Below, one piece after another: positions 40,590 to 54,023 of a stretch of DNA of 64,000 nt. Position numbers and translations under genes: made by a program. Source of the stretch: the human T2T-CHM13v2.0 reference genome, Homo sapiens. Under the pieces are notes generated by a model. The model saw only the letters and a list, made by a program, of their open reading frames with translations, was not told where the DNA came from and ran no database searches. The stretch lies in assembly GCF_009914755.1 (NCBI RefSeq), contig NC_060932.1. One strand, written 5' to 3'. Positions within the stretch are counted from its first letter, which is position 1; each line of letters starts with the position of its first letter.

Positions 40590-42590
40590 ATTTTTAAAAA
40601 TAATTTATAGAAGCAAATTTATAAACTACTTAGAAATAAATTTAACAAAAGACCTATACAATATATATGTTGAAAATGATAAAACATTACTAAAAGAAAA
40701 TAAAGAAGACCTAAATAAATAGAGAGATATGCCATGTTCATGTATTACAGGCATCAATGCTGTTAAGATGCCAATTCTGGCCAGGTGCAGTGGTTCATGC
40801 CTATAATCCCAACACTTTGCAAAGCCAAGGTAGGAGGATCACTTGAGGCCCAAGAGTTCAAGTCCAGCCTGGTCAACATAGCATGACCCAAACTCTATAA
40901 AAATTTAAACATTAAAAAAAAATGCCAGTTCTCTCACATTAAGCTATAGATTTAACACAGTCCCACTCATAATGCAGCAGACTTTTTAAAAAGAAAGTGG
41001 CCAGCTGATTCTAACATTTATGTGGACATGCAAAGACCTAGCCCAATAATCTAGGGGATGGGGAACAGCGGAAGACTTAACCCTATTTGACTTCAAGATC
41101 TCATGTAAAGCTACAGTAATGCAGACAGTGTGGTTGACATTGGTACAGTATAGACAAAGATCAATAGAAAAGAAATGAGAGTTCAGAAATAAACCTAGAT
41201 GGCCAAATGATTTTTGACAAAGAAAAGCAATTCATTTGGGAAGGGAAAGTCAACAACCAATGCTGAACAACCGTAGATCTATATTTTTGAAAATGAATAC
41301 CATATACAAAAATTAATTCACAATAGATCACAAAACTAAAAATTAAAACTGAAGTTTATAAAAGAAAACATAGAATATCTTCATGACCTGGAGGCAGGCA
41401 AAGATTTCTTAGGATACAGAAAACGCTAACCATGAAAGAAAATGTTGACAAGTTAGACTCTGTCAGAAGACATTGATTAGGCAATGCAGAATGGGCACAC
41501 TACAGACCTGGAGAAAATATTCATAAAATACATCATACAAAATACTTTTACCTAGAATGTATAAAAGCCTCCTACAACTCTCCTGCAAATGAAAACACAA
41601 CAGAAAAAATGGGGAAAAGATTCAAACAACCACTTTACAGAGGAAGGTATATGAATGGCCTATAAACACATGAAAACATGTTCAATATCATTAGTCATCA
41701 GAGAGATGCAAATTACAAGCACAATGAGACACTACGCACCCACTGAGATGGCTAATATTAAAAAGACTGACAACACCAAATGTTAGTGAAGATGTGGTGT
41801 AACAAAAGTCTCATGTCACAGGAGAAATATAAAATGGAATAATCCTGACAGTTGCTCATAAAGTCAGACATACATCTATCTTTGATCCAGTAATTCCTCT
41901 TCTCAGCATTTATCCACAGGAAATCACAATGTATATTCACAAAAATACTTGCACATTGATGTTCATAGTAGTTCAATTCACAATAGCCAAAAATTAGAAA
42001 TAGTCCAGGTGTTCGGAAGCAGAAGACCGAATCAACATATTGTGATTCATTTACAAAGCAGAACATTACCGATTGATAAATAGGAATGAATTTCTGATAT
42101 ATGCAACAACATGATGGATCTCAGACATTATGCTGAGTGAAAAAAGACACCAAAAAAGTGTATGCTAAATGATTCCATTTATACGAAGTTCTAGAACAGG
42201 CAAAACCAATTGAAAGTGGTGGGGGTAGGGTAAGGTTGACTGGAGAGGCGGGAGGTAGTGGGGCCATGAGGGGGTGGACTGAGAAGGGATATGGGGGAGT
42301 TTTCTGGGGATCTGGAAAGTTCTATACCTTAATTGGTATGTGGGTTACACAGTTGTATTCATGTGTCAAAATTGTATAGCTACAATTTATGCATTTTAAT
42401 GTATAGAAATTTTACATTTAAAGAAGAACTGTAAAAAAATAATAGTTGAGTCACAGCTGGGGAGTGGGTGGTGATATTGATGAAGCAAGAAGGCAGAAGG
42501 TTGGTAATTGTTGAGGCTGGGTGATGCGTACATGGGGGTTTATTATACTCTTCTGTTTACTTTGTATATGTTTGAGATTTTTGATAATCA
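40590..42590 (+). mobile_element. Old L1M ORF2 3' part and 3'UTR, sense, with a FLAM/Alu monomer at ~40779-40921
   Basis: AAATAAATTTAACAAAAGA, AAAGAAGACCTAAATAAAT.GAGAGATAT.CCATGTTCATG and AAAAGACTGACAA.ACCAAATGTT motifs; Alu monomer flanked by atgcca(a/g)ttct. Confidence 0.8.
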
Positions 42591-43569
42591 ACAGCACAGG
42601 GGTTCTAGCCCTGAGGAAATTAGATATTAGCCAAGTAGGTTTCAGCTGGAGCAGGAGAGGACTGTAAGTTCAAAAGCACCAGTGGTGGGGGCTCCAGGAG
42701 GGACTTGGGAGTGACGTGGGGGCTCTGAGTAATGCATTATTCCGGATGACAGTGGACAGAGCAGGGCAGAAGGTCAGGGACAGGAGAAATGGGTAGAGAG
42801 GATGACAAAATGGTTGACTTCACGGGCTTGCACTCCTCCCCCAACCAGATGTCCCTCTCACTGTAGGAGTGCCACTGATCCCAGTCTTCATCCCCTCCAG
42901 GGCCTCAGTTCTGATTCCTGCACTGGTTGTTACAACTGCTCACAAGTGCATTCTGTGCCTCTGTTTCCCCATCTATCTCACAGAGCAGTCGTCACCCTCT
43001 GTGACGGGCATTTTCTTTCCTAATGGGGAAGGTATTTTTCAGGCTGAGGGTCTTCTAGTTTCACAACTCCCTGGAGTCCAGAAGGGCTAGCAAGAGGCAG
43101 CTAGCCCGAGACAGATGGGTGCCCAGGCAAGCAAATAACTGGGCATTCCTTCAAACCAGGATTATCTAAATATTAGCATGACATTTTCCTAGTGGAGAGA
43201 GAAAGAAATTCATTTACTTCTGAGAAAAATAATATGCCTCCTTCTTTTCATTCCAATTAAGGAACTGATTACAGTTGATTGACTAAATTAGAAACTGTCT
43301 TGGGAGGCATGTTAAGAAAATGTAAAATCTAAATAATCAAATGCCCCTCCTCTTTTTGGTTTGACAGCAACCTATTATGCATTATTTGGTCTTTAGGCTG
43401 ATGTAGGCTTGATGGCATGCACATTGCAGACATATCCAACAGAGATACGTCGGTGCCTTCGGGTTTTTAAATTTATATCCCAGAGGACACTCTGCTCTGT
43501 CAGGAGTGAGCTCAACTCACCAACAATATGTGGAACTACATGAGAAACCTAAGTTAAAATGGCACCAAA

Positions 43570-43862
43570 GTCCGGGCGCGGTGGCTCACGCCTGTCATCC
43601 CAGCACTTTGGGAGGCCGAGGCAGGCAGATCACTTGAGGTCAGGAGTTTGAGACCAGCCTGGCCAACATGATAAAACCCCATCTCTACTAAAAATACAAA
43701 AATTATCCAGGCGTGGTGGTGCCTACCTGTAGTCCCAGCTACTCAGGAGGATGAGGCAGGAGAATGGCTTGAACCTGGGAGGCGGAGGTTGCAGTGAGCC
43801 GAGATCACATCACTGCACTCCAGCCTGGGTGACAGAGCGAGACTCCATCTCAAGAAAAAAAA
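43570..43862 (+). mobile_element. Alu (AluS-like), sense
   Basis: TSD aaaatggcaccaaagt at 43556-43571 and 43860-43875. Confidence 0.95.
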
Positions 43863-44717
43863 ATGGCACCAAAGTGATTTCAGAACTAGGCAGGGCCTTA
43901 CAGATGGACTTCTAGGCAGCTGTCCGGTTGGCCCACCTGTTAATCCATCTCTGGCTCTAGGCCAGGAAGCTGTGGCATCAGGCTGGGAGACAGGCAGTCT
44001 ATTAACCTCCGGTTAACAAGAAAGCAGGAACAAGAGGGCACGTGGTTTCTTGCCAGCACTCATTTCTTGTGTCCCTGCTCATGTGGGGATTGTGGCACTT
44101 AATCCTTCCAAGTGAATCTTGTCCTTATCTTTTCCAGCCCCACCACTCCATGAATCAGCTTGGCCTAGTAGAAATCCTCAGTCTAGTGTCCCAAGATTCC
44201 AAATCCCAGTTCCATTCCGTGGGTTGTGGGACATATATTAGTTTCTCCATCAGCCACACGGGATGGTAACACCTGCTTCCCTGTGTTGTGTGGATTCAAT
44301 GAAATCATGTCTGCAAAGGGCCTAGCAGTGCCTGGTGCAGGAGCTCAGTGATGCTGGCTAAATTGCAAACCACTCAGAAGGTCTGCTGTTCACATAGTGG
44401 ATGTTCCGTAATTATTAATTGGTTAGATTGTAATGAGGTGCAGAAGCAAATTTTTGTTATTCTCTGCCTCTTTGCATTTTCTCCTTCACTTCTGCTCTCT
44501 CAGTTCCTCTGTCTCTGCCTCATTTCACCCATTTGTCAATTTATCAGATAGAGCCCATTGTGTACAAATCTTCCCCTAAATGCTAGAGAATCAGAGACAA
44601 ATCGAACATGAAGACAGAATCCCACCCTAGAGAATCCCACTTTTCAGGTCTGTGTGAGAATTATGGGAGCCCAAAGGTGGGCACCCCTGAGTCATGCCTC
44701 TCTCTTCTCCTCTGCAG

Positions 44718-44896
44718 GAGATCATCACCTCCATCCTGCTGAGCGGGCGGATCGGGCCCAACATCCGGTTGGCTGAGTGCTATGGGCTGAGGCTGAAGCA
44801 CATGAAGTCCGATGAGATCCACTGGCTGCACCCACAGATGACGGTGGGTGAGGTGCAGGACAAGTATGAGTGTCTGCACGTGGAAGCCGAGTGGAG
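44718..44896 (+). CDS. PTK2B: PTK2B coding exon 2 (aa 69-128, FERM)
   Basis: ctgcag|GAG; EIITSILLSGRIGPNIRLAECYGLRLKH...EAEWR; AG|gtagga; 179 nt. Confidence 0.97.
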
Positions 44897-45479
44897 GTAG
44901 GAGTGGATTCCTGGGCTCTGGAAGTGGGAAGGAGAGGAATTTAGGGTGGGGAGGCCCTGGGAGTTTCTCCCTTAGAGCACTCCCCTGCCTCAGAAACTTC
45001 TAGCAAACCTGAGTGGCATTCTAGGCTTAGTCTTCCTCCAGTATCCAATGCATGTATTTTCCAGGACCTAACCTGGGCTTCATAGACTATCCCCATCCCA
45101 GAGCCAACACCTAAAGGTAACCCTAAACGGGATGCTGACAGTGCTAGGGGAAAAGAGAGACAGAAGGGTGGGGAGGATGGAAAGCCCAGGTCCAGGGCTA
45201 GCCTGTGAACCTAAGAGAAACAGCTGCCATGAGGGAGAAAGGTGGAGAGTCAGGGATAGCTCAGACCACCACCTGCCAGCCACCTCCCTGTTGATGGTCT
45301 CCAGCCCAACCGCAGAGGAGGGAAAGAGAAAAACCAGCCCTGAATGAGTGGCCACGAGACTCATGGGCAGCCCTTCCCTTTGCACTAGGGGATGGGCTTG
45401 CTTCTGCCCTTGGGGTCCTACTCCTTTCTTCAGGCACCAGCTTCTCTGTGTCAACCAGAGCCTGAATGTCTTGTTGCAG

Positions 45480-45567
45480 GTATGACCTTCAAATCCGCTA
45501 CTTGCCAGAAGACTTCATGGAGAGCCTGAAGGAGGACAGGACCACGCTGCTCTATTTTTACCAACAG
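45480..45567 (+). CDS. PTK2B: PTK2B coding exon 3 (aa 128-157)
   Basis: ttgcag|G; YDLQIRYLPEDFMESLKEDRTTLLYFYQQ; CAG|gtaaaa; 88 nt. Confidence 0.97.
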
Positions 45568-46101
45568 GTAAAAAGTACTTTATCTTCTTGCCCCGAGGCT
45601 CCCATTACACCTCAAATGCCAAGCATGAACCGTTCTCTCCTAGGGAGATGGAAAGACAAAGCCCAGATTATGGAGGGCCCAGGCTAGGAAGCTTCTCTTG
45701 AAGAAGGTCCTTGGTCTATGGTCCGCGGCTCCAACCCTGCTTTTCTCTCAGTATTTAAGCACTGGCTAAACTGCCCCATGTGCTCCCAGCTCCTCTTGGA
45801 CTTTTCTGGTGGCCCAGGAGACCTGGCTAGTGAAACAGCAAGAGCAGGTCCAAGATGAATCCTGCAGTGCTTACTACACAGCTCTGCAGACTGTTGTCCA
45901 CTAATCTAGCTCTGCCATTCACTAATCTGATAGCCTGGGGGACCTCATTTACTTGCATGAAGCTGTTTCCTCTGCTGTAAAATTATTATGGGAATCATAA
46001 TAATAATACCTACTTTATAGGGTTGTTGTAGGGACCAGATGATATCATTGGCTGCTAAATTGACTCTCCAAAGAAAAATTCCCTTACACGTAGCACTTAC
46101 C

Positions 46102-46104
46102 TAT

Positions 46105-46143
<39 letters not shown>

Positions 46144-46467
46144 TTTCAGTGGGTTTTTTGGGGGAACAGGTGGTGTTGGTTACATGAATAATTTCTTTAA
46201 TGGTGATTTCTGAGATGTTGGTGCACCCATCACCCAAGCAGTGTGCACTGTACCCAATGTGTAGTCTTTTATCACTCACCCCTTCCCACTCTTTCCCCAG
46301 AGTCTCCAAAGTCATTCTTATGCCTTTGCATCATCATGGTTAGCTCCCCCTTATGAGTGAGAACATACAATGTTGGTTTTCCATTCTGGAGTTAATTCAC
46401 TTAGAATAATGGTCTCCAACTCCATCCAGGTTGCTGTAAATGCCATTATTTCATTCATTTTTATGGC
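46102..46467 (-). mobile_element. L1PB/L1PA-type 3' end, antisense, with (TATT)n tail
   Basis: GGGGAACAGGTGGTGTT.GGTTACATGA...TATGAGTGAGAACATAC.ATGTT.GGTTTTCCATTC. Confidence 0.88.
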
Positions 46468-47122
46468 CCTTGCCAATTTCTATGGTGTAAATACCACCCC
46501 CCTCCTCAGCCTATTTCAAGCTACCAATAGGATACCTACTTGGCTTACAAAACTTCTGAAAACTTAATAACCAGCTCTCAGCAGCTATTTTGAGCATCTC
46601 AAACTTCCTGGACAGAATGCGTATGGAGTGCCAAGCCCAGCACCAGGTGCAGAGCAAAGCGCAGCATCAGCAGGAGTGGCCATTGCTGTTTTCTGTCTGA
46701 TCTTAGTTCCTTCCAAGATCTCCCTCCTGGTTTGCCAGAGACTGAGCTAGACTTTTCTTGGCCTGTGAATGACATTTATCACTACTTACCAACAGAGCTT
46801 TGGATAAATTACTGACTTCTTGCAAAATCTCAGTTTTCTTCTATCCAAAATGGGGGGCAGGGGAGGGGAATCTGAACTTCCTGCCTGTGGAGCAGGGAGA
46901 GAATGCCTGTAAAAGCACCTCGAAAACCTCACAGGCTCGGCCTGTGGAGGCACAAGCACCCTTTCCCCTCGTGCTCTCCATCCCTGCTCCATGCTTGTTT
47001 GTGGTGAGGTGGGTGGCTGTCACTCAGGGAGGCAGAATGAGGCCCTTAATCTTCTGAGGCCTCTGTGCAGGGAAGTGGGAGGTGAGGGTGCAAGCCTGAT
47101 GCTTGACCTTTCTCCCCACCAG

Positions 47123-47202
47123 CTCCGGAACGACTACATGCAGCGCTACGCCAGCAAGGTCAGCGAGGGCATGGCCCTGCAGCTGGGCTGCCTGGAGCTC
47201 AG
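47123..47202 (+). CDS. PTK2B: PTK2B coding exon 4 (aa 158-184)
   Basis: accag|CTC; LRNDYMQRYASKVSEGMALQLGCLELR; AG|gtatgt; 80 nt. Confidence 0.97.
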
Positions 47203-47963
47203 GTATGTGGCCCTGAGGCCTCTGCTGGGAGGGCGCTGTGCTGAGCTCTGGGCAGGCCCGACCTTTCCCCATGTCCAAGATGGGAAGCAGGAATGAGTGT
47301 GTGGGAGCCAGGAAGGGGAGAGGTGGTGACCGGCAGCAGGTGAGGCTCTGAGGGGCTGGGTGTTGGGTCTTCAGGATGGCAGGGGTAGATGGGCCAGCCC
47401 CCTCCCTAGTCTCACTCTCCTGGCTTCCATTGCTGCCACTGCTCTTGCCTGCAGGCTGCTGGCTTCTTCCATCTGTCAACCACCTTTGCTGCTGTTCAAG
47501 CGATTCATCAGATGTTTCTTGAGCACCAGACTAGAATCTGGGGGACATTCGAGCCTAGAGATGTCTATCTGTGTTGCCCATTGCTGTATCCCCATCTCCA
47601 GTAGGCACTTGATCAATATGTGTGATATTAGTACATCATCCAGAGAGGCCCTCACACTTCCATGTTGGGGAGGTGACAGATGTGTATACAATTAATCATA
47701 ATACGAGGCAGAATGAGGATGGCACCAACTTCCATGTAGGAGCCATTCATCCTGCCTGAGAGCATCAGCAAGAGGGTATCTGAATTGCCACTGGAAGGAG
47801 GAGAAAGATTTCAATCAGCAGAGAACAGGGGTCAGGGGAGATACACTCCAGGCTCAGGGATCAGTGGAAGGAAAAGCATAGACTGGAGAATCGTGAGCTT
47901 GGAGGGATAAGTTGGGGCTGATGGTGGAAGACACCATTGAGACAATGGCAGTCCAATGATATC

Positions 47964-48003
47964 ATTAGAATGACATTGTTAGAATGACATAATTAGAATG
48001 ACA
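47964..48003. repeat. 14-bp tandem repeat (ttagaatgacatnn), ~3 copies
   Basis: Directly visible. Confidence 0.85.
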
Positions 48004-49789
48004 GTCTAAAAAAATAGGCCTTATTCTTAGCTGCCAGGGGGTCATTGCCATTCAGGACTGAGGAGGGTGATATGGCTGACCTGTGTTCTAGCCCTGTCTT
48101 GACCAGGGCAGCACCATTGAGTTTCACCATCCCCTGCCTTTTCACCCTCTCCTTCCCTTCTCTCTACCCCTTCTCTGTCTTAGAGCAGTGGTTTTAACAT
48201 CTGCTTGCAAATCATAATCACCTGGGAGCTTAATAAACTGGAGACGTCCTGGCCCTACCCTTGGGAGATTTGATTTGGCAGGCCTGGGTGGGACCTTATC
48301 CTAGGCGTTTTTGACCAGCCCCCCAGGTGACTTGAATGCCATTAGATATATGGGTTGATGGGATGACTTTCAGGATGACTGCCAAGGAAATCGTTGGCCA
48401 AGGATTACTTCCTGTTTTCTAGAACTGCATTTCCGGAGCCTTATCTGTGACCTCATGGTTAATAGAGAGTAGAACTCTGCTGCCGCTTCTACGGAGCCAG
48501 CTGAGGGGCACTGGGGAATTCTGGCCCCATTGTGATTCTCAGTCAGAGAGAATGCTGGGGAGTCCTCCGGTGGGGCCAGTAGGATGGGAAAGGGAGAGTC
48601 CCACTTTGATTTCAGCATCTGAGGCTTTTGGTATTAGCGACAGAATAGGTCAAGGGCAGCTTCGAGGGCTTCACATTTCGTGACTTTGTCTCAAGAAGCA
48701 AGGGAGCATTCGAGTCCTCTGTACAGAGGAGGCCTGTGGTCCCTGCAGCTGCTTAGAAGGCAGCCCAGCTCACTGCCATTAGTAATAATCATGATAGCTC
48801 AGTGCTGGCAGACCAGGGGCAGTCTGCAAAGTTTATTTTATTATCTGTGCCTTTCATCCCTTCTCAGACTGCTCGGCTCCTATGACTTGCATTACATCCT
48901 GTACTGTCTCATCTTCCCCTCTAAAATTAGACAAGTCGAAAAAGCTTATCTTTACCTTTTTATTTATGGATCTCATACCTGGGATGCTAGCATCACTTTG
49001 AGACACCTATCACTTGTCACCTGTCAAGCAGTCATCACTTAGTTGTAAAACAGCACCACAAAGACCCATTAACATTCTATTTTATTTTATTATATCCTCC
49101 AATCATCCCCAAACTATTACTGGTGGTGGCCTAAGCTCCAGGCACTGCACTAATGTATTGGAGGACAGGGCAAGGCATCCGACATGACTCCTGTAGGTAG
49201 TCTTGTCAAGAGTATAACTGCTGATATCTGCTATAACCAATGCAGGATGATATTCTAAAAGCCACACTTGTTTTGTGCAAGAGATGTATTGTTTCACATC
49301 TCCTGAGTGTGAGGAACAGAGTCAGAGAGATGTTCCTATTCTTACTGGTTGACCACTGAAATGCCGGGTGTATGATATCAGGGAGAGGATATGGAAAACA
49401 CCTATTTTGTAAACCAAATAGAAGATTTGCAGGTCTAATAATTTTTAAAGTTGAATGCAGTTATTTGTTATGATGAGCCATTTTAAAGTCAAGTTACAAC
49501 TATTTCTCACCCAAAGAGAATTGGACACACTTCGGAAAATTAGGCCATAAGGCAGAATTTTCTAGGGCTGTGGCTCTTGCCTAAAAATGTCCCAGAGTGT
49601 GGGGCTACCTACAAATCATGGGCAATAACCCCTTGTCCTATTAACATCATTGATTAGGTCACCTGCCTATAGATATACAACATCTCCAGGAAAAAAAAAA
49701 TTGTATCATTTCCTAGCTTAAAAAAGAGGTATGATGTATGCCTGAGATATGAGATTAGTGAAATGAATCCTCCATGGAGTCATGTGTTT

Positions 49790-50200
49790 CCTGTGTTACT
49801 CTGGGCAAGTCGATTACCCGCTCTCTGCCCAGATTCCTTCATCTGTAAAATAGGAATGATAATAGTAACATTATAGTCACGTTGTGTTACTATAAAACAC
49901 GTTATGTTTCTATATAACATTTGTTATACTATATAACATATATCTGTTAGTATATAACATATATATGCTACTATATAACATATGCTACTATATAACATAT
50001 ATATGCTAGTATATAATATGTATGTTATGTTACTATTGTATAGTATTGCATAGTATACTATAGTATACTATTGTATAGTATTATATGGTATTGCATGCTA
50101 TACAATAGTAACGTAACAAACCTTGCAGGGTTGTTACAAAGAATAAATGAGTTAATATATTTAAAGTACTTAGAGCAACGACAGGGACCAAAGTATTCAA
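49790..50200. repeat. MIR split by an AT-rich (TA-derived) low-complexity tract (~49870-50103)
   Basis: MIR core CTGGGCAAGTC...CATCTGTAAAAT.GG.ATGATAATAG, resuming as GGGTTGTT...AATAAATGAGTTAATATAT.TAAAGT.CTTAGA. Confidence 0.75.
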
Positions 50201-50254
50201 TAATTATTTATTATATTTTACTTACTTTTTTCTCTTTACCCTTCTTTTGTTTGT

Positions 50255-50690
50255 TTATTTTGAATAGACTTTATTTTTTAGAGAAGTTTTAGATTCTCAG
50301 CAAAATTGAGCAGAAGGTACAGAGTTCCTATATACCCGCTTCCCCACACATGCACAGCCTCCCCCACTATCAACATTCTCCACCAGAATTCCCCACCAAA
50401 GTGGTGCATTTGTTACAATTGATGAGCCTACATTGACACATCATTATTACCTAAAACCTGTAGTTTACATTAGGGTTCACTCTTGGTATTGTATGTTCTA
50501 TGGGTTTGGCTAAATGAATAATGACCTATATCTACCATTATAGCATTACGCAGAGTAGTTTCACTGCCCTAAAATTTGTCCATACTCCACCTATCCATCC
50601 CTCCTTCCCTCTAACCCTGGCAACCATTGATCACTTTATTGTTGCCATAGTTTTGCCTTTTCCAGAATCTCATATAGTTGGAATGATACC
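50255..50690 (-). mobile_element. L1MB-type 3' end, antisense
   Basis: AATAGACTTTATTTTTTAGAG.AGTTTTAG.TTC.CAGCAAAATTGAGCAGAAGGTACAGAG. Confidence 0.85.
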
Positions 50691-51376
50691 TAGTTAATTT
50701 TATTCATTTATTGGAGGTGCTTTATAAATGCCAAATGTTTGATCTAAATAATGCCTCTAAATGAAAGTTTGAAATTCAGGGCCTCTATGCTAGAAATCAG
50801 TACCTGCCCAGTTTGAGGAACCAAATAACTTCTCCCCCTTGATCTGAGACACCTAGGACCATTGTCCACCCCCAGCAGAGCCCTAAAACAACAGCAACAA
50901 CAACTACAACAAAACAGAGAATACGTAACCCCAGATTAGCTAAGTAACTGTTAATAAATAAAGATTAGAGAAACGACACACAGCTTGCTTTGCTTCAAAA
51001 GGCATCTTGGTTTGTAGTTAATTTCTATTGATGTTTAGAAGAAAAAAGTAACCAACTGGATTTGGTTTAGTTATTTCCTTATTTTCTGCTGTCCTTACCT
51101 GGGTATCAGTCATAGGCTTGTATCTGATTATAGACTCCACCGCTGTCCACCTGGTGTTAGCTACTCAAAATTGCAGGCTTGAGCTGGAAGGACCAGTCAG
51201 GCACTAGAGGGCACTCCAGGTAGGCACAGCCTCACTCAGTGTTGGCGGTCCAGGCATATTTGGGAGACGTGGGTGCCCCTGGAGAGCAGCTGAGATGGGA
51301 CTCAACACAGAAAATTGGGAAGCTACCTTACTGGGGAGAGCAGCGTCTCCCTTGAGTGATGGTTACTAGTTCTCCC

Positions 51377-51434
51377 AGACATTCCCAAGATGTTCAGTTG
51401 CTCCAAGACATTCCCAAGATGTTCAGTTGCTCCA
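51377..51434. repeat. Perfect 29-bp tandem duplication
   Basis: agacattcccaagatgttcagttgctcca x2. Confidence 0.97.
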
Positions 51435-52662
51435 AATGTTAGAAACACCCAGATTGTGGCACATCTGAGTGATTGGACAGTTTTGTCAATGGTGACTATA
51501 TAAATGATCTTCGATGCCTGAGAGAAGGGCCATTTGGGACACAGGGAGTGGCCTAAGCAAGCTGGATTCAGGAGATTGGGGTGACCTTGATGTGCTAGCT
51601 GAGCTTCCTTTACCCTAATAAAACATTTTTCCATTCACTACCACCTTGATCATGCTAAAATGCTCTTATTTTTTATGTGACTTAATTGTTCAGTGTTAAT
51701 TTCAAAATGTGTTTACCCTTTCATTTAGCTAACCCTGTTTTAAAAAATTTAATATTTAAATATCCCAGTCTTCCAAATTCTTTCTTCACAAGTCTCGAAG
51801 TTCATTTATTCATTCAACAACAGATCATAAGCCTGGAGTGGCTTTAGGAGACCACTCTCCGTCGTGGCTGGGAAGCAGATCTCACCCCGTGGGTGGGTGA
51901 TGCATCCTCCTGCTTGGCACAGTCTTCTCATTTCCCTTTTCAGCGTAGTAAACTCTTCTATCTTCTGGCACCTTTAGAAAACATACTGAGCCTGTGTTAC
52001 CTGCTTGTCCTCTACATACATAGGAAACCTCAGCGTGAGCCTATGAGGTGTCAATTACAAGCAGTGTGACCATCTGCTCTTCCCATCAAGCCAGCCTAAG
52101 GGTCTCTTCATCTTGAAGCCTTTTCTGCCCCATCCTGAATCCCTCCAGCCCCCTTTGCAAAACCACTGTACTTGCACACAGCTCTGTGAGGCAAGGACAT
52201 GTCCCCGTGCACCAGATTGTGAAAATCTGTCAAATCCTTAGAGTCAGAATGGGTGCTGCCTTTGCCTGGCACATCAGAGCTCAATACACAGTTGAATAAA
52301 TGGATAACTGAAAGAACTGAAATCTTCTTCCTCAGTGGACCTTTGCCAACATTTATTCTGTTAGAATTAAATAGTTGTGTACAGCAAGCCAATGTGTTCA
52401 GTTACCTAGGAGTATATTTTATGGCTCACTCAACCCAGGGGAACTGTAGATGACCAAGCTGCCTATAATCACCCAGAGGTGTCTTATTAATGTGGAGGCT
52501 GAGCAGGTAACACTGGCTTGACATGTTTTCTGAAGCTGCCGTGGTCAGTCGCATGGAATTTTGGGATCTTAACTGCAGGCACTCTTCAGGTGGGAGGAGG
52601 AAGAGGAGGAGGAGCTTCCATCCAGGGGAGAATCCTGGGTAGGCTTCTCATGTCCTATACCT

Positions 52663-53174
52663 CAGAGGCCCCCAACCTTTTGGGCACCAGGGACCAGTTT
52701 CGTGGAAGACAATTTTTCCATGCACCCTGGTTGGGGTGGGGGATGGTTTCAGGATGATTCAAGCACATTACATTTATTGTGTACTTTATTTCTATTATTA
52801 TTACATTATAATATATAATAAAATAAATATACAGCTCACCATAATGTAGAATCAGTGGAAGCCCTAAGCTTGTTTTCCTGCAACTAGACAGTCCATCTGG
52901 ATGTGATAGGAGACAGTGACTGATCATCAAGCATTAGATTCTCATAAGGAGCGTGAAACCTAGATCCCTCACATACATGGTTCACACTCCTATGAGAATC
53001 TAATGTCACCACTGATCTGACAGGAGATGGAGCTCAGGCAATATAGCAAGTGATGGGAGACAGCTGTAAATACAGATGAAACTTCAGTCACTCACCCACT
53101 GCTCACATCCTGCTCTGTGGCCAGCTTCCTAACAGGCCAGGACCGGTCCATGGTCCAGGGGTTGGGGACCTTTG
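52663..53174. mobile_element. MER1A-like hAT-Charlie element
   Basis: Terminal inverted repeats CAG.GG.CCCCAACC / GGTTGGGGACC..TG; 8-bp TSD ctatacct (52655-52662) / ctacacct (53175-53182). Confidence 0.88.
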
Positions 53175-53363
53175 CTACACCTGAATATCATTCCTATCTG
53201 CCAGTCTTCTGGTTTCCAATACCGCACATCTGCCCTTAGCAAGAACATCCCATCTCAGGCACCATTGCTTACCTCCCTCTGTCAGACACTCAGTACAGAG
53301 AAGTAAGGGTAGGGAAGAACCCATCTTCTTAGTGTTCTAAGTTCTCTTCTTGGATCAAATTCC

Positions 53364-53595
53364 CAGGGTTTTCTAGCCTCACTACTGCTGACATTTGGGG
53401 CTGGATACTTCTTTGTTAGGGAGGATTGGGGGTGGACTTCCTGTGCATTGAAGGATGTTTAGCAGTATCCCTGGTCTCTACCCACTTGATGCTGGTAGCA
53501 CCACCAACCCCCTACTCCAACTAGCTGTGATAACCAAAACTATCTCCAGACATTGCCCAGTGTTTCAGGCTGGGGCACAGAGTGCAAAATTGGGA
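53364..53595. mobile_element. MER20-like hAT element
   Basis: CACTA.TG.TGACATTTGGGGCTGGATA.TTCTTTGTT...GGATGTTTAGCAG.ATCCCTGG.CTCTACCCACT.GATGC. Confidence 0.85.
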
Positions 53596-53739
53596 CCATA
53601 TTTCTTAAGAGGTAATTACTTATTTTGCTTGACAGTATATTCAAAGATACCATTTATTAAAAATTATTAAGGATATAGCGTTTTACATTTTATATTTTTA
53701 TTAGATATTTCCTCTATGATTTCATGCCTTGAGTGTCTT

Positions 53740-54023
<284 letters not shown>

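Noticed and set aside
42215-42310. G-rich run as a candidate regulatory G-quadruplex
   Set aside because: Corresponds to the usual G-rich tract of an old L1 3'UTR, with long irregular loops
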